A stretch of 40,953 nt of DNA. It comes from a virus (taxonomy: Duplodnaviria; Heunggongvirae; Uroviricota; Caudoviricetes). This document shows positions 8,006 through 19,845 of the stretch, one piece after another (position 1 is the stretch's first letter; the number at the start of each line of letters is the position of its first letter). The stretch is taken from positions 1 through 40,953 of the IMG/VR virus record IMGVR_UViG_2703718856_000008. One strand, given 5' to 3'. The notes beneath the pieces were generated by a model. The model made no database searches, was not told where the DNA came from, and saw only the letters and a list, made by a program, of their open reading frames with translations. The position numbers and the translations under genes are program-made.

Positions 8006-9871
8006 TCACTGCTGTGTTGCCTCAGTGGCAAGCAGCGGTCTGATGGCATTTGCAGCGTTACTTAATGCTCTTTCATAGGCTGGCGTTCCTGCTTTGGTGT
8101 TTGCCAGACGTAAGAGCGCATTCCTGGCCATAGGGCTTTCATAAACCCTCGACATAAGGCCAATCCCTGTTTCCCCAGCCAATAGCGCGCCTCCGGTTTT
8201 TAGGTTACCAATAACCCTTACCAAAGGCGAGAGTGTCATGCCAGTCTTCGTCACAACATTAGCCTCAGATGCTCTTTTGGTAGCATCGAGAATAGATAAC
8301 ATCCCCTCTATCTCTTTTCCGTTCTTCCCACCAAATACAGTTTTAAACACCTGACCATTTGCTTGTTTTTGCAGCTTGCCAAGCTCGGTCATCATTTTCT
8401 GAGGGCTGTCACCTACCTTGTCAGCTATTTTGCTGATATATGCCGCCCTTAGCATGTCTTTACCTTTTTGATCGAGTTTCCCGTACAATCGAGCTATATC
8501 TGACCCATATTGTCCATACACAATGGTATTTACAGCCTCGGGAGTTAAATCTCCTTTGTTTAGAACGTTTTTAAGGCGCGTTTGAGTTGCATGTGTTGCC
8601 ATTTTTGCATAATCAGCTTTTCCCGCTCTCCATGCTGAAGCATCTTTTGGGCTAAGTCCTTTCGCTATAGATTTACTAAGGCTATTGGTTAGCGAGTTAT
8701 AGACCCTGTCGACCATTGTTTGCGACATTGATGGCAGAACTGTACGATCGCCTTTTACGTCAATGCGGAACTGAGTTCTCAGCTTATCAAGTAACTCAAA
8801 GGCATCATCTCCATTTGTTATCTCCTGAATGGCATTCTTATAATCATTAAGCGCAGAAATGGTCTGGGTGTCAGAAACACCTTTAAGTTTCCCAAGTTCG
8901 TTTACTGCTCCGTCGATAGCTCTTATGGCGCCACTTGTATCAACTGGCTTTCCAACCATTCTTCCTGACAGGCTGTTTAGTTTTGACTTGGCTAACGATT
9001 TTTCCCTTGCAACGCCTGACTTTAGACTATCAACGACTACAGATGGATCGTAGTCGCCGTATTTTTCGGTGAAGCGATTAACAAGCTTGGTTCTGGCATC
9101 CTGCTGTGCGGCTCTCATTGGTCCAGTACCAGCTATGACTCCTTCTGAGTAACCCTGCAGTTGATTGCCAAGTTTTGTTTTTGGAGGAACTACATCCGAT
9201 GTCATAACTGGTACATCTGCCGCAGCGGCACGCTTGAGCAATTGCTGATCTGCTGGTGATATTTCGCCACGAACAGCAGTAATTCCACGCCCTATTCCCT
9301 TTGCTGCTGCGGAAAGAACCCCCTGAGCGGCAAGGTTAACTCCGGCATTTTTAGCTGCATTTTGTGCGAAATCGCCTTTCTGATTTGCGGCCTCTGCCAG
9401 TGATCCAATAGCCATGCTTCCTGCCGTTCCAACTCCTGGAACTAAATACCCGCCAATTGTTTCTCCAGCTTGCGCATAAGGGTCTGTTGGTCGATCTACT
9501 GGACGATAGACATCGTCCAAAACCTTGGGGCCACCAAGCCCCTGGCTGATTGCATTAATCAGACTTGCGCCACCCTGCAATACGTCAAATGGTATGTTTA
9601 CCAGACCGCGACCAGCCTGCTCTGCAATTTGCCCTGCACTTTGACCACCAGTGAGCCAATCGCCAGCTTGTTGCATCAATGATGGTTCTTCTTTCTGCTG
9701 CTGAGGCGGAGGGTATGCTGCATAAAACTGATCTCTTGCTTCAGCCCATTTGTCACCAGCCTTAGGGGCAACAACCTCATCAAAATATTGCGCTTGAGCC
9801 TGTGCTTTCTGTTCTTCAGTTAACGCCTGATACTGTGGAGAGGCGATAACATCTTTCCATGCTTTAGCCAT
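8006..9871 (-). CDS. Ejection (injection) protein, P22 gp16-like
   Basis: 621 aa, last of three ejection genes in the P22 order 7-20-16; Gly/Ala-rich. Confidence 0.8.
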   Translation of the reverse strand: MAKAWKDVIASPQYQALTEEQKAQAQAQYFDEVVAPKAGDKWAEARDQFYAAYPPPQQQKEEPSLMQQAGDWLTGGQSAGQIAEQAGRGLVNIPFDVLQGGASLINAISQGLGGPKVLDDVYRPVDRPTDPYAQAGETIGGYLVPGVGTAGSMAIGSLAEAANQKGDFAQNAAKNAGVNLAAQGVLSAAAKGIGRGITAVRGEISPADQQLLKRAAAADVPVMTSDVVPPKTKLGNQLQGYSEGVIAGTGPMRAAQQDARTKLVNRFTEKYGDYDPSVVVDSLKSGVAREKSLAKSKLNSLSGRMVGKPVDTSGAIRAIDGAVNELGKLKGVSDTQTISALNDYKNAIQEITNGDDAFELLDKLRTQFRIDVKGDRTVLPSMSQTMVDRVYNSLTNSLSKSIAKGLSPKDASAWRAGKADYAKMATHATQTRLKNVLNKGDLTPEAVNTIVYGQYGSDIARLYGKLDQKGKDMLRAAYISKIADKVGDSPQKMMTELGKLQKQANGQVFKTVFGGKNGKEIEGMLSILDATKRASEANVVTKTGMTLSPLVRVIGNLKTGGALLAGETGIGLMSRVYESPMARNALLRLANTKAGTPAYERALSNAANAIRPLLATEATQQ

Positions 9872-11259
9872 TAATCACCCCATAGTGAAGAAAAGTTACT
9901 GCTGGCTGCTGGCTGTGATACCTGTGCAGGTTGAGATTGCTGCCGCTGAGATTTACCAACATTAACGTTATATTGTTGGTTGTAATTGTTGGTGTATTCC
10001 TGAATCTCACGAATCGACTGCTGCATAGCCTCCGGGCTTGAATAGTCAACCTGCGGCATCCCCTGAAAATACATCTTCGCTTCTGCAACGGTGTTAATAC
10101 CACTGGCACCCATGTCCCTTGCTGCCGCCACACCCTGATTCTGCATTCTGCCCTGAATACGTTGTGCTGAGTTATATAACTGGCGCTGCTCTTTTCCTGT
10201 TAATCGGCTGCGAACATCAGCACCAATTGCTGGATTACCTGCACCGCCTGTCATTCCTGTCATGAAATCGAGAGCAGAAGCGTCTGCATTTGCGATCGCG
10301 TCGATATCCTTCTTCATGGCATAGTTTTGTGCTGATGCAGACGATGTTGCAGGCGCTGCGATTGAACTGGCAGGAACGCGAACCATATTCCCCTCGTTGT
10401 CGATGCCTTCGTAGAACGCATTAGCCCCAGCGCCGTGAAGCTTCCCGCCTACCGTTACAGTTCTGCCATCTGATAACTGAACTGTACGCTCATCATTCCC
10501 AGCGATTCGTCTTGTTGACGCTCGCTGCATTGCCAAATCCTGACCTCGTCGCGCAGTAGAAGCAGATAAGTCCTGACCGCGCATCGTGATGTTCTGACCT
10601 CGTGCTGTTAGTGCCTCTCCTGCCTGATTGCTGCGGATTGTCTCTGCCAGTCTGCCTCGGTCAATCTCACGACCAGCCATCTTGTCCTGAACATTGAAGT
10701 AGTCAATCGGACCGAGAGCAGCCATCCCAAGGTGATCAACAAACTCACCAAATCCTGAAGGATTCTGCTGATACATCTGAGCAACGCTGTTAGGGTCAAC
10801 ACCGACGCGAGTCAGTTCCTTGGCGTTGTTTTGCAGCCATGATTGCATTGCTTCTGGAGACGATGACGCAAGGCGTGCGCCAGCCGCTAAGGTGCCGATA
10901 GAATTACGCTGCTCTTCATCAATGAATCCCATGCCTTTACGAACGGATTCAATCTGGTCTGGATATTGAGTAGCCAACTGACGCAAAGCACCGCGATCAC
11001 CAGACGCATAAGCATTAGCGTATGCCTGCTGAAATTCTTTCTGCCGCTGAGCCTGCTTTTCCTGCTGAAACACCCCCGCAATACCTGAAAGGCCTTGCAA
11101 AGCAGTCAGCCCAACATTGTTAGCGCCTGAACGCTCAATATCATTGTTCTGCCTGATAAGCTGAAGCGTATTGCCGATGTCATTTACGCTCGGAGCGTTT
11201 GAGTTGACGCCGCCGATACCAGCCAACAATCCGCCGTTTGTTCCTTGCCAAGTAGCCAT
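9871..11259 (-). CDS. Ejection protein, P22 gp20-like
   Basis: 462 aa (P22 gp20 is 471 aa); position between gp7-like and gp16-like; Gln/Ala-rich. Confidence 0.8.
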   Translation of the reverse strand: MATWQGTNGGLLAGIGGVNSNAPSVNDIGNTLQLIRQNNDIERSGANNVGLTALQGLSGIAGVFQQEKQAQRQKEFQQAYANAYASGDRGALRQLATQYPDQIESVRKGMGFIDEEQRNSIGTLAAGARLASSSPEAMQSWLQNNAKELTRVGVDPNSVAQMYQQNPSGFGEFVDHLGMAALGPIDYFNVQDKMAGREIDRGRLAETIRSNQAGEALTARGQNITMRGQDLSASTARRGQDLAMQRASTRRIAGNDERTVQLSDGRTVTVGGKLHGAGANAFYEGIDNEGNMVRVPASSIAAPATSSASAQNYAMKKDIDAIANADASALDFMTGMTGGAGNPAIGADVRSRLTGKEQRQLYNSAQRIQGRMQNQGVAAARDMGASGINTVAEAKMYFQGMPQVDYSSPEAMQQSIREIQEYTNNYNQQYNVNVGKSQRQQSQPAQVSQPAASSNFSSLWGD

Positions 11260-11268
11260 GATTACCCC

Positions 11269-11961
11269 TTAAAACAACGAGCCAAGCAATCCGATACCAG
11301 CACCAATGCCAGCGCCCCAAGGCGTTGATGTTCCCAAAAGGCTGGCAAGACCTGCACCGGCAATCGCACCAGACGTGCCACCGCTAATAGCAGTCTGAAG
11401 ACTTGATGGTTTATTGGCATTAGCAGCAGCAAGTGCTGCGCTTTGCTGTGCAATGCTGCTCATGTTGTTGGCGTACGTCTGCCCGGCGTTTGCCTGACCT
11501 TGCAGCGCACCAAGCCCAACGTTTGCCAGATTGTTGTAATTGCTCATCTGGTTTGATAACCAAGACTGACCGAGTGTCGGCGCGATCGTAGCCAGTTGAT
11601 TGCTTGTGGCTGTCGAACCAAGCCCTCCCGTAGCCTCCGCAGCAGCAAGACTCTGGTAACGAGCCTGACCTGCAAGGTCTTTATACTGCTGAGAGTTGTA
11701 ATACTGATTAAGTGCCTGACCCTGTCCTTCTAAACTGGAAAGATTCTGAAGCTGGTTAACATACTGCTCCGCAAGCGGCGTGAAAGGAGCAAGGTTTTTC
11801 ATGATCGTCTGCCACTGCTGATTTTGCAGGTCTGCGGCATACTTCTGAGCTTCTGCTGCATACTTTGCGCTTTTATCAGAGCTGCCACCTTTCCCGCCTT
11901 TTTCAGGGCAATAAGGTTCCTCGCCGCGCAGTTTTCTGCCCAGCTTAAATGCATATAACAT
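11269..11961 (-). CDS. Ejection protein, P22 gp7-like
   Basis: 230 aa (P22 gp7 is 229 aa); C-terminal Gly/Ala-rich hydrophobic tail; syntenic position. Confidence 0.75.
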   Translation of the reverse strand: MLYAFKLGRKLRGEEPYCPEKGGKGGSSDKSAKYAAEAQKYAADLQNQQWQTIMKNLAPFTPLAEQYVNQLQNLSSLEGQGQALNQYYNSQQYKDLAGQARYQSLAAAEATGGLGSTATSNQLATIAPTLGQSWLSNQMSNYNNLANVGLGALQGQANAGQTYANNMSSIAQQSAALAAANANKPSSLQTAISGGTSGAIAGAGLASLLGTSTPWGAGIGAGIGLLGSLF

Positions 11962-11963
11962 GG

Positions 11964-12419
11964 CTATCTCCCGTGATTCAGGAAGTCGATTAGTTCTTCG
12001 CGTGTGGCGCTGTAAAAAGTCACGTCATCCACGCCTTTGAAGTATTTCTTGATGGTTCCTACACGCTTAAGGCCAATCATTGCGCAGTACATCTGCCCGT
12101 GGCGGAATTTGCGTGCAGCGAACGATGTGACGCACTGAACGGTGGTGTTAGTCAGAATGTATCGCCAGAACGCCAGCCCGATTTCCTTGCTGAAGCCGCG
12201 AATCTCTGGCAGGTACATGGCGTGGCAATCAAAGGTCAGCGGCTGAATCTCCTGATAGTAAACAATTCCGCCGAACTGCCCGTGCACGTTCACCTCAAAG
12301 TAACGGCATTCAGGTTTGTAGTCGTATCCATCACCGTTGTTGCTACCAGCGATAATGTCAGGGTGATTTCCGACTGCTTCGATCAGGTCGATGTTTCGCG
12401 TTGGTTTGAACTGAATCAT
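11964..12419 (-). CDS. P22 gp14-like virion/ejection-associated protein
   Basis: 151 aa between the tail needle and gp7 homologues, the position of P22 gene 14. Confidence 0.55.
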   Translation of the reverse strand: MIQFKPTRNIDLIEAVGNHPDIIAGSNNGDGYDYKPECRYFEVNVHGQFGGIVYYQEIQPLTFDCHAMYLPEIRGFSKEIGLAFWRYILTNTTVQCVTSFAARKFRHGQMYCAMIGLKRVGTIKKYFKGVDDVTFYSATREELIDFLNHGR

Positions 12420-13267
12420 TACTGCTCCGCGATTATCTTGATGGTTGTGGCAGTAAACGCCGCCCCATTTGACTGAATGGTTAACGTACTGCCATTTGTG
12501 GCAAGAAAGCCGTCTTTATCCACGCTGAAGAACGTAGCTAACAGGATGTTGTCGGTTGTCGTCGCCGCATTACGACTGCTGACCAGTGTGTCAGGAACAG
12601 AGCCGGAAAAGGTTAGCTGCATTGACCTGTTTGCGGTTCCGCTGGGCCACGTCCCGACAATCGACAGCTTGAAGAACAGGGTTTTGTTCTCGTTGAACAC
12701 AACCATCTTGTTGTTAACGGTGTCGAAGAATGGTGCCAACGTGCCGGATGACGGCGTTAGCGTTTTCAGCAGGCTAACAAGGTTGGTCGGCGCTGACGGG
12801 ATGGTTACAGATACGCCAGAGTAAACAACCTCTGACTTTTTGCGAGTAGTGGCATACTCCAGAGCATCGATGCGCGTTTCATGGTCTGAAACCTGCGATT
12901 CCAGCGACTGAACTCTGGTATCAAGCGACGCAATATCGCTTTCATTCTGCGCTATTCGTGTTTCATGTTCCTGAAGAGTTGATTCTGCCTGGCTGATTCG
13001 CTCCTCATGATTAACAAGCGTTGCTTCCGCAGCAGAAATTCGCTGCTCATGGTCAGCGAGAATCACATCCTGCTCATCGTTCCTGATCTGTGCATCATAA
13101 GCGCCTTGTCCGGCCTCGTTGGCCTTGTTCGCCACGTTACCAACATCAGTACCCTGTGCAATAACGTAAAGCAGATACGACTGCGAGAAGATATTGCGTG
13201 GAAGAACTGATGTATCGAGCCGCGTAGCCTGGACGATTACCGGCACATTGAGATTCGAATCAGCCAT
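12419..13267 (-). CDS. Tail needle (P22 gp26-like) with C-terminal knob domain (Sf6/HK620 type)
   Basis: 282 aa; N-terminal gp10-binding region, central heptad coiled coil ([50 protein letters not shown]), then a ~130-aa globular C-terminus. Confidence 0.8.
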   Translation of the reverse strand: MADSNLNVPVIVQATRLDTSVLPRNIFSQSYLLYVIAQGTDVGNVANKANEAGQGAYDAQIRNDEQDVILADHEQRISAAEATLVNHEERISQAESTLQEHETRIAQNESDIASLDTRVQSLESQVSDHETRIDALEYATTRKKSEVVYSGVSVTIPSAPTNLVSLLKTLTPSSGTLAPFFDTVNNKMVVFNENKTLFFKLSIVGTWPSGTANRSMQLTFSGSVPDTLVSSRNAATTTDNILLATFFSVDKDGFLATNGSTLTIQSNGAAFTATTIKIIAEQ

Positions 13268-14685
13268 TACTCAATCCTTATCTGGCAGCCAGAAAGAGTG
13301 ACAGGTGACTTCGTGATAACGCGCAATTTGAAGCCAACATTTTTCCTGATGCGCCCTACTCGCTTCCACAAAACACGTTTGTCGTAAACGAACGGTTCAT
13401 TCTGCTCAATCATCTGCTCACGCCCGTAATTGATGCCGTCAGTGGTTGCAGAGAGGAACAGGCGGTCGGCGTACTGAGCTACGCCAGTGGATGATTCCAC
13501 CTCCAGATCGAAGCATCTGGCATTATCCGCTTTGAACAACGGAGTAAACAGAAGGTGTTCCTGTTGCTTGTCGTACTGGCTGCTGATGTCGAACTGCAAT
13601 TTGCCGGTAACCGATTCCAGCTTATCGCCGCACGTTATCTGATTGTCTTCGTAAATGAAGTCGATAGCGCGGTACACATCGTCATACAGGCCTGTTTTCA
13701 ACACACACCAGTGCGGACCATTTGCGCTTGAAGATGCGTCGTAAACAAGAACATGGCGCGGAAGGTGGATAATCAGCAACTCATGAGCATCAAACCGCAA
13801 CGATTCCATCACGCCATCAGCCAGTTCATCAGCAGTGTAGGAGCGGAGGATTTTCTCAATGCTCGCGCTGGCGATTGGTGACACCTGGCCGGATCCGATG
13901 ATGTAAACAGACGGCGCACCTGTTGCCGGATTGCTGATGAACGCATACGAATCAGCGAATGGCGTTTTGCAGTAAGTCCCGGCGATGCCTTTTTGCACCA
14001 TCAGTGATGGCTGTGCGACATACAAAGCTGCACCAACGGTGGTTGCACCAGTCAGGGAGAAATATTCAATCGTCGATGAACCAAAGCAGACGATGAAGTC
14101 TCGCCATGTGCCGATGCCGAGGATACCGTCCGGCTGCGATTCTGCGCGATATTGTGCGCTGTAGCGGTCAGGATGCGATTCGTCTTCAAGGTCAGTGATA
14201 AACCATGAATCGGTGCCGTCTTTTGACCACGCATAACGCCCGCGTAAGCGCGTAATGTCACGAACAGAACCTAACTCATACTGCGTGAATCCGCTGTCTG
14301 TAGGCCAGTTTGAGACTGTTTTAACCGTGCCATCATAACGATACTCGACCAGTTGGCCATTAACGCCTACAGCCTGAGATATCCGACCATGCGCCATTGA
14401 TACACGACCACTTCCGGCAACATCACCGACTTCACTTTCTCCTTTGTACAGCTTGCCGCCACACACGCGATAAACAGCACTCTGCGCCATGTTGTACTCA
14501 ACTCCGCGCGATACGCCGTTCACATCAGAACGTTTGGCAATGCCCGGGAATGAGCGAAGATATCCGCTGCTGTTCAGGATTTCTTTGGGTGTAGCCAACA
14601 TATTCACTGGCAGATAGTCGATATAGTCGGCGTTTCTAAAGTCTTTGCCGACACCTTTCATAAGCGGAAGTTGCTGAATCGGCAT
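13267..14685 (-). CDS. Tail accessory factor, P22 gp10-like
   Basis: 472 aa, same length as P22 gp10; N-terminus [35 protein letters not shown] recalled as near-identical. Confidence 0.85.
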   Translation of the reverse strand: MPIQQLPLMKGVGKDFRNADYIDYLPVNMLATPKEILNSSGYLRSFPGIAKRSDVNGVSRGVEYNMAQSAVYRVCGGKLYKGESEVGDVAGSGRVSMAHGRISQAVGVNGQLVEYRYDGTVKTVSNWPTDSGFTQYELGSVRDITRLRGRYAWSKDGTDSWFITDLEDESHPDRYSAQYRAESQPDGILGIGTWRDFIVCFGSSTIEYFSLTGATTVGAALYVAQPSLMVQKGIAGTYCKTPFADSYAFISNPATGAPSVYIIGSGQVSPIASASIEKILRSYTADELADGVMESLRFDAHELLIIHLPRHVLVYDASSSANGPHWCVLKTGLYDDVYRAIDFIYEDNQITCGDKLESVTGKLQFDISSQYDKQQEHLLFTPLFKADNARCFDLEVESSTGVAQYADRLFLSATTDGINYGREQMIEQNEPFVYDKRVLWKRVGRIRKNVGFKLRVITKSPVTLSGCQIRIE

Positions 14686-15186
14686 TTATTCGCTCCCGTT
14701 ATCGCAAGGTTCCTTTCGGTGGAAGTAATTCCAACCGTTCCACTTCGCCAACTGATTACCGCTACCAACAGGCATACGGTTTGGATAACCGGACTTACAT
14801 TTAGCGGCTTTTGCTCTGTCCATTGCAGACAGTTTGACGAGTCGCTCTTTCCCGTATCTGGCAGTGGTTATAAGTTTTGCAGACGCTTCCAGCGCATAAT
14901 CTGGAGCAATGCGGCAGGCAAGGTTGAAAATGACGGCATTGATAGCGTTATTTGACAAACCGTGCTCATCGCCAGGATCCGGAGCGACATCTGCATCAGC
15001 GAAAATGTAGCCAACGTTGATACCAGGTGACGCATCACCCCCAAGCCATTCAGCCATCATCATTTCAAGGTCGTTGACGCCGTCTTCCATAGACTGCGGT
15101 TCGACATCGGTTAACGTGGCATTTGATGCCACACCGAGCTTACGTAATGCCGCAAGGACTAAATCACCCTTCGTTGTCAGGTTCAT
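14686..15186 (-). CDS. Tail accessory factor / head completion protein, P22 gp4-like
   Basis: Start taken at the ATG at 15186 ([33 protein letters not shown]...), giving 166 aa like P22 gp4; the longer ORF to 15273 is an in-frame read-through across the hexanucleotide repeat (SQSQSQ). Confidence 0.8.
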   Translation of the reverse strand: MNLTTKGDLVLAALRKLGVASNATLTDVEPQSMEDGVNDLEMMMAEWLGGDASPGINVGYIFADADVAPDPGDEHGLSNNAINAVIFNLACRIAPDYALEASAKLITTARYGKERLVKLSAMDRAKAAKCKSGYPNRMPVGSGNQLAKWNGWNYFHRKEPCDNGSE

Positions 15187-15412
15187 CTGCTGCCGCCTTA
15201 GGTTTTCGACCAGGCTTTTTACGCTGTTTTTCTTCTGGCTCTGGCTCTGGCTCTGGCTCTGGCTCTGCAACATCCTTCAGAAGGTCATCAGGATGTGCAA
15301 ACCAGCCAGCATCCAGATATTCCTGAAGCTCTTCGGCTTTCACGATTTCAAAGTCGTATCCAACGCCTTTCCATTTCTTCATGTCGCCATGACGAAAGAT
15401 CATGTGTGTCAT
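15164..15412 (-). CDS. Small acidic protein with (Glu-Pro)5 repeat and basic tail, between coat and gp4
   Basis: 82 aa from the ATG at 15412 (GGAG RBS) just downstream of the coat terminator; [24 protein letters not shown]...[24 protein letters not shown]. Confidence 0.35.
   Translation of the reverse strand: MTHMIFRHGDMKKWKGVGYDFEIVKAEELQEYLDAGWFAHPDDLLKDVAEPEPEPEPEPEEKQRKKPGRKPKAAADEPDNEG
15235..15267. repeat. Hexanucleotide tandem repeat (CTGGCT)x5.5
   Basis: Directly visible perfect tandem repeat; on the minus strand it encodes (EP)n in the small ORF frame and (SQ)n in the frame upstream of gp4. Confidence 0.9.
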
Positions 15413-15426
15413 GCTTGTCTCCAGAT

Positions 15427-15448
15427 AAAAAAGGGAGCCGAAGCTCCC
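15427..15448 (-). terminator. Intrinsic terminator immediately downstream of the coat gene
   Basis: Minus-strand RNA GGGAGC-UUCG-GCUCCC followed by UUUUUU; 9 nt after the coat stop codon. Confidence 0.65.
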
Positions 15449-15456
15449 TCTGGTTA

Positions 15457-16752
15457 TCACGCAGTCTGGTTAGGCAGACCAACACCAATTGCCTCTGGTC
15501 GTACAGCACATGCTGAATACCACACAGCAATACGGCACTTACCAGACAGAGTGTTGATATCACCCTGCGTTGCGAAGATGCCGTTAACACCAATGCCTGG
15601 AATGCTGAAGGAAGAAGTTTTCATACCAGCAAACAGTTCATGGGTTACCGGGATCGGCTGAGACAGCAGGCGGATTGAGTCATCAGCCCAGAACACGTTA
15701 GCGGTGGTTGTTGCCACGTTCAGAACGTTTACCGGAGTGGTATCAGCAAGAGAGGTGTTTACGTTAGCGTAAGCCTTCTCTTCTTTTGTCAGTGACGCGT
15801 CATCCAGTGCAATCGGTTTCGGCGTGATTTCGATGTGAGTACCATCGATCACACGGGTGATTGAGAAAGTCGCATCATCAGTTAGCACGTTCTTCGCCAT
15901 CTGAGACAGGAATTTCACACCGGTGAAACTGATTTTGTCGCCGCGCTTAAATCCGGTGGTGGAGGATACGGTCACCGTTGCAACACGGTTGTCGACGTTC
16001 TCTTTGTTACCATCGGTATCAAGGGTGTATGCCTGCGGCTTAAACTTCTGCGCACCAGAAACAGTTACACCAGTAGCGGTTGACTTGGTAACTGCCGGAA
16101 GTTTCGGTGAGCGAAGAATTTCATCAAAGCCAGCAATCTGACGCTGAATAGTACCGTTGCGATACGCTTCTTCAGGAACGCGCCCAAAGATGTCACCATC
16201 TACCAGGTTGCGGCCTGCTTTACGGTAATCGTCAGGGTTCAGGAAGTAACTGATGCCCATATCGCGGTTTAGCTCACGGGAGAACATCAGGCGCTCTGCA
16301 TCAGACACAAAATCCCAGCCAGACAGGCCAGTAGATGGACCAATTGCGCGTGTATCGTGAACAACAAGCGAGCCCATTTCAGTTGCCTGTTTGGCAATCG
16401 CTGACTCAATGTTATTCGCCAGTTTTTTGGCGGATGCCTGGATGCGGCGACGGTAAGAACGCTCATCACGCAGGTCATCTGCACGAAGCTCGAAGAAATC
16501 GTTATCCGGATCGCCCATGTTGCATTTCACGGAGAGTTCCAGAATCCCGGTTGCGTTGCCCGTTAAATCCCAGCCAGTCTGAGTTGGCGCTTCCTGCTCA
16601 ACAGGCATCCACACGGTGTTGCTTGAACGTTGCATGGATTCTGCCGGAGGGGTGTATTTTGTCACTTTGGACGCCATTGGCGTCAGGTTCTGGACGGTTT
16701 CGATGATTTCATCCAGAGCATACGTGACCAGTTGACCTTCATTTAATGCCAT
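15457..16752 (-). CDS. Major capsid (coat) protein, P22 gp5-like
   Basis: 431 aa; recalled as highly similar to P22 coat along its whole length (MALNEGQ...[20 protein letters not shown]...[25 protein letters not shown]). Confidence 0.95.
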   Translation of the reverse strand: MALNEGQLVTYALDEIIETVQNLTPMASKVTKYTPPAESMQRSSNTVWMPVEQEAPTQTGWDLTGNATGILELSVKCNMGDPDNDFFELRADDLRDERSYRRRIQASAKKLANNIESAIAKQATEMGSLVVHDTRAIGPSTGLSGWDFVSDAERLMFSRELNRDMGISYFLNPDDYRKAGRNLVDGDIFGRVPEEAYRNGTIQRQIAGFDEILRSPKLPAVTKSTATGVTVSGAQKFKPQAYTLDTDGNKENVDNRVATVTVSSTTGFKRGDKISFTGVKFLSQMAKNVLTDDATFSITRVIDGTHIEITPKPIALDDASLTKEEKAYANVNTSLADTTPVNVLNVATTTANVFWADDSIRLLSQPIPVTHELFAGMKTSSFSIPGIGVNGIFATQGDINTLSGKCRIAVWYSACAVRPEAIGVGLPNQTA

Positions 16753-17663
16753 TATCGAATTCCTTTATTCAGTTGCGCCTTGAGCTTGCGGTATGTCTCT
16801 ACATCCCCTTTGTTTGCTGCCGCTTCCATCTGCTTTTCAATCGCAGAGATATTTGCAGCAACAGCGTGTCCCTGAATGGGTTCATCAGGTAACGGGGCTT
16901 CTGAAACAGGCTTGGCTCGAGGCTTGAGAGTTAAACGTTCTGACAGTCGAGTGAGTTCAATCAGCGCGGATTGCCCGTCCATCGCCAGCAACTGGCGTGT
17001 TTTCTCAGGATTAGCACCAAGGTGATACATGAGAGCGGCGGATTTCTCCGGGAAGAGGCGCATGATGTCGGCACCGACTGCTGGCGGCACCAGTTGCATG
17101 AATGCATCCTCTTTCTCCTGATAGTCAGGGATATTGAGCTTTTCCGCTGCGTCGTAGTGCTTACGGGCTGCCTCGACGTATTGCGCTGATTGCTGGGTGA
17201 ACTCCTGAGTTTTGCGGCCCTGCTCTGCTACAGCCTGGCTTCGTGCGTCCATAGCCTTGATCTGCCATTCACTGTTTGCCTGCTGGAAGGCTGCCAGTGC
17301 GCGGCTCTGGTCATAGTCGTACTTAGCCAGTGCATCTTCGGAAAGATAATCGTTAGGGTCTGGTTGTTTTGGTAACTCAGGGTTCACCCGCAGGTGCTCC
17401 GGCAACTCTCCACGCTTAACCGCTTCCATCTGCTGCTCAAGCTCACGCTGGCGTTTGCGTTCGATGCGGCGACGGGCAAATTCAGCATTAGTTGCCGGGT
17501 CTTGTTTTGGTTTCTCATCGTCTTTCAGGACAATCTCGAAGCCTTCTTCCTGACCTGCGTTGTCGTTGGCATTATCGACAACTAAGCCATCAGCAGATGC
17601 CGCTGCATGATTGCCGGGCAGGGTTAATTCTTCAGAAGCCTGAATGTCGGTGGTTTGGTCCAT
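16752..17663 (-). CDS. Scaffolding protein, P22 gp8-like
   Basis: 303 aa, same length as P22 gp8; long stretches recalled as near-identical ([98 protein letters not shown]). Confidence 0.9.
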   Translation of the reverse strand: MDQTTDIQASEELTLPGNHAAASADGLVVDNANDNAGQEEGFEIVLKDDEKPKQDPATNAEFARRRIERKRQRELEQQMEAVKRGELPEHLRVNPELPKQPDPNDYLSEDALAKYDYDQSRALAAFQQANSEWQIKAMDARSQAVAEQGRKTQEFTQQSAQYVEAARKHYDAAEKLNIPDYQEKEDAFMQLVPPAVGADIMRLFPEKSAALMYHLGANPEKTRQLLAMDGQSALIELTRLSERLTLKPRAKPVSEAPLPDEPIQGHAVAANISAIEKQMEAAANKGDVETYRKLKAQLNKGIR

Positions 17664-17676
17664 GGTTAACTCTCTC

Positions 17677-19845
17677 TTATTGAGGTGTCTCGGCTACTCC
17701 GCCGGAGGGGATTTGAACTTGACGCATAAGATTCGCGAAATCCATGCGTTGTGAATGAGTCTGGTCTGCATCTTTAAGAAGCAGCTCAGCGTTAGCACGA
17801 GCATCTTTGCTGCGCTGTTGCTGGAATTGACCTACGAGCTTGAGGTACTCACGCAGTTCTGCCTGCTTGTCGAGGTCCATATTGTTGAAGATTTCCGCAA
17901 TCTTCGCGGCGTTGAGTTGGTTTTGGGCTTCAACCTTGGCGGCTTCAACCTGAATCTGCGCCTGTTGGTTCTCTGCCTTGAGCAATTCAGCCTGACCTTG
18001 CAGAAGGATACCCTGCGCCTGAATTTGCTCTGCTGATGGCTGCTGCGGCTGCTGTTGAGCCTGCTGTACCATCTCCATCTCTTCAGGTGTTTCTGGTTTC
18101 TTCAGCCCCATCATCACCAGTTGCTTGTTCGCGTACTCTCGCATCATCTCGACGCCTTTACCATCAAGCAGCGTGAAGTATTGCAGCATCAGCATCTGGA
18201 ACTCTGGAGTACCTTGTGGAACCTTGGTGAGTAACTCCTGAATCTCTGCGCGGTTCTGTTCCTTCATACTCTGGAAGGATGGTCCAACGTCTGTATAGCA
18301 CTCATAGCGACCGCGAATGTCGTTGAGTGTGACCACATTGCCGGACTGGTAATCTACAACTTGCGCGTAGAGTTGAACGTCTTTCTCGCTTCCGTCTTCA
18401 AGAGTCAGCGTTACATGGCGAGGAACGTCATAAATATCGTTGACCATTGAGGCATAAATCTCGCCATCACGTCGCATTGCGGTAGCCAGGTTATCCTGAA
18501 ACACGTATGTCTCAAGGTCTGCCCGCATGTTCAGTTGATTGACGGTATCGAAAGCGACCTGACCATTTGCCGCCTGCGCATCAACGCCAAGACTAGCCAC
18601 CTCTTTCACTGCGTTGGTGGCTGCCTCAAGCATGTAAGCGTTGGCTTGCGGCACTTCAGGGTTTTCCATGTAGGAGATTGGACCAATCGGCAGGTCGTTA
18701 CCGTTTTCATCGGTCCTGTTCTGCAGATAGTACGGATAGTCATCATTTCCACCGTACATGTATTCGTAGCCTTCGATTTGCTCAGGGAAGAAGGTCGGTT
18801 TCTTCTTCGGTGAGCGAGCAACAATATCGGCGTTGAATGACATGATCATGTTACGAAGGCGTTGACCGTCTTTCGTCAGCCTTACCACGCCCTCGTAGCA
18901 CTCCTTGTCACCAGCGAATGACCATTCGCCGTACACAGGAACGATTGGAATATGCTCTCCGGCTATCTTCTCGCGGTCTTTCAGTATCTGCGTGCAGGTG
19001 ATGATCGACTTATACACACGCCGACGCTTCACCTTACGCTCTGCTACCTTAATGAATCCACGATTAGCCAGGTCGTCGATGACGTCTTTGATATCCTGCT
19101 GGTAATAGCTGACCGGCTCACCTGTCAGCGGGTCGCGGTAGATGAATACTTTCTCTTTCTTCTCTTCGACCTCGTAATACTCAGCGACGTAGACGACATC
19201 ATTCGATACCCACGGAAACAGCCATGTGTCGTTCGGATTCTGGAAAGATGGCAGGGTGTCAGGATCAATACCGTAATCCTCTGCGAACTCTTTCCAGCCA
19301 TTGCGTGACAAGGCGTTAATCACCGTGCAGTGCTTAGCGTCGCTCTTATCCATCTGCTTGCTATTGGCGTCCCATATGACGTGTGAGCAGGCTTCATGGA
19401 TTGGAAGGCGTCGGATTACCTGATTGTTGCTTGTTGGGTCGTTGTCTTCGTACTGCGTGACCAGACGCCATGCGCCAACGCCAGACTCTATCTGCTCACG
19501 AACGCCAACGTTAACGGCAATCTTTGCCGTGTTATGGCGCATATCAGTACGATACATCCCCATTAACACATCGGCAGCATCAGGATTAGCGCCATCTTTT
19601 GGTCGGAAGAGAACGTCGATAGGGTTCCGGCGCATCTCTGCGACAAGCTTCCTGACCACCGGGCGGACAACATCGAATTGTCCGCGATATTGCAGGGTGG
19701 TGTAGTTTGATAGCCAGTCATCCCATTGCGACACTCGGCTAAAATACAGGTCATTTGTCGCCTCGGTTCTGGCCTCATCGCTTGCTGCCCAATCCCTGTC
19801 AAACCGAAGGAGAATGGTTCGCAATTTGTCGTCTTGGTCGGCCAT
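17677..19845 (-). CDS. Portal protein, P22 gp1-like
   Basis: 722 aa (P22 portal 725 aa); conserved blocks such as [21 protein letters not shown] and [10 protein letters not shown]; C-terminal Gln-rich barrel helix. Confidence 0.95.
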   Translation of the reverse strand: MADQDDKLRTILLRFDRDWAASDEARTEATNDLYFSRVSQWDDWLSNYTTLQYRGQFDVVRPVVRKLVAEMRRNPIDVLFRPKDGANPDAADVLMGMYRTDMRHNTAKIAVNVGVREQIESGVGAWRLVTQYEDNDPTSNNQVIRRLPIHEACSHVIWDANSKQMDKSDAKHCTVINALSRNGWKEFAEDYGIDPDTLPSFQNPNDTWLFPWVSNDVVYVAEYYEVEEKKEKVFIYRDPLTGEPVSYYQQDIKDVIDDLANRGFIKVAERKVKRRRVYKSIITCTQILKDREKIAGEHIPIVPVYGEWSFAGDKECYEGVVRLTKDGQRLRNMIMSFNADIVARSPKKKPTFFPEQIEGYEYMYGGNDDYPYYLQNRTDENGNDLPIGPISYMENPEVPQANAYMLEAATNAVKEVASLGVDAQAANGQVAFDTVNQLNMRADLETYVFQDNLATAMRRDGEIYASMVNDIYDVPRHVTLTLEDGSEKDVQLYAQVVDYQSGNVVTLNDIRGRYECYTDVGPSFQSMKEQNRAEIQELLTKVPQGTPEFQMLMLQYFTLLDGKGVEMMREYANKQLVMMGLKKPETPEEMEMVQQAQQQPQQPSAEQIQAQGILLQGQAELLKAENQQAQIQVEAAKVEAQNQLNAAKIAEIFNNMDLDKQAELREYLKLVGQFQQQRSKDARANAELLLKDADQTHSQRMDFANLMRQVQIPSGGVAETPQ

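Noticed and set aside
8859-9682. Plus-strand ORFs (64-70 aa) inside the gp16-like ejection gene
   Set aside because: Antisense to a long, intact structural gene; no independent evidence.
15017-15661. 214-aa plus-strand ORF antisense to gp4, the small EP-repeat ORF and the coat gene 3' end
   Set aside because: Lies opposite a strongly conserved coat gene, spans the hexanucleotide repeat (WLWLWLW in this frame) and has no RBS; almost certainly spurious.
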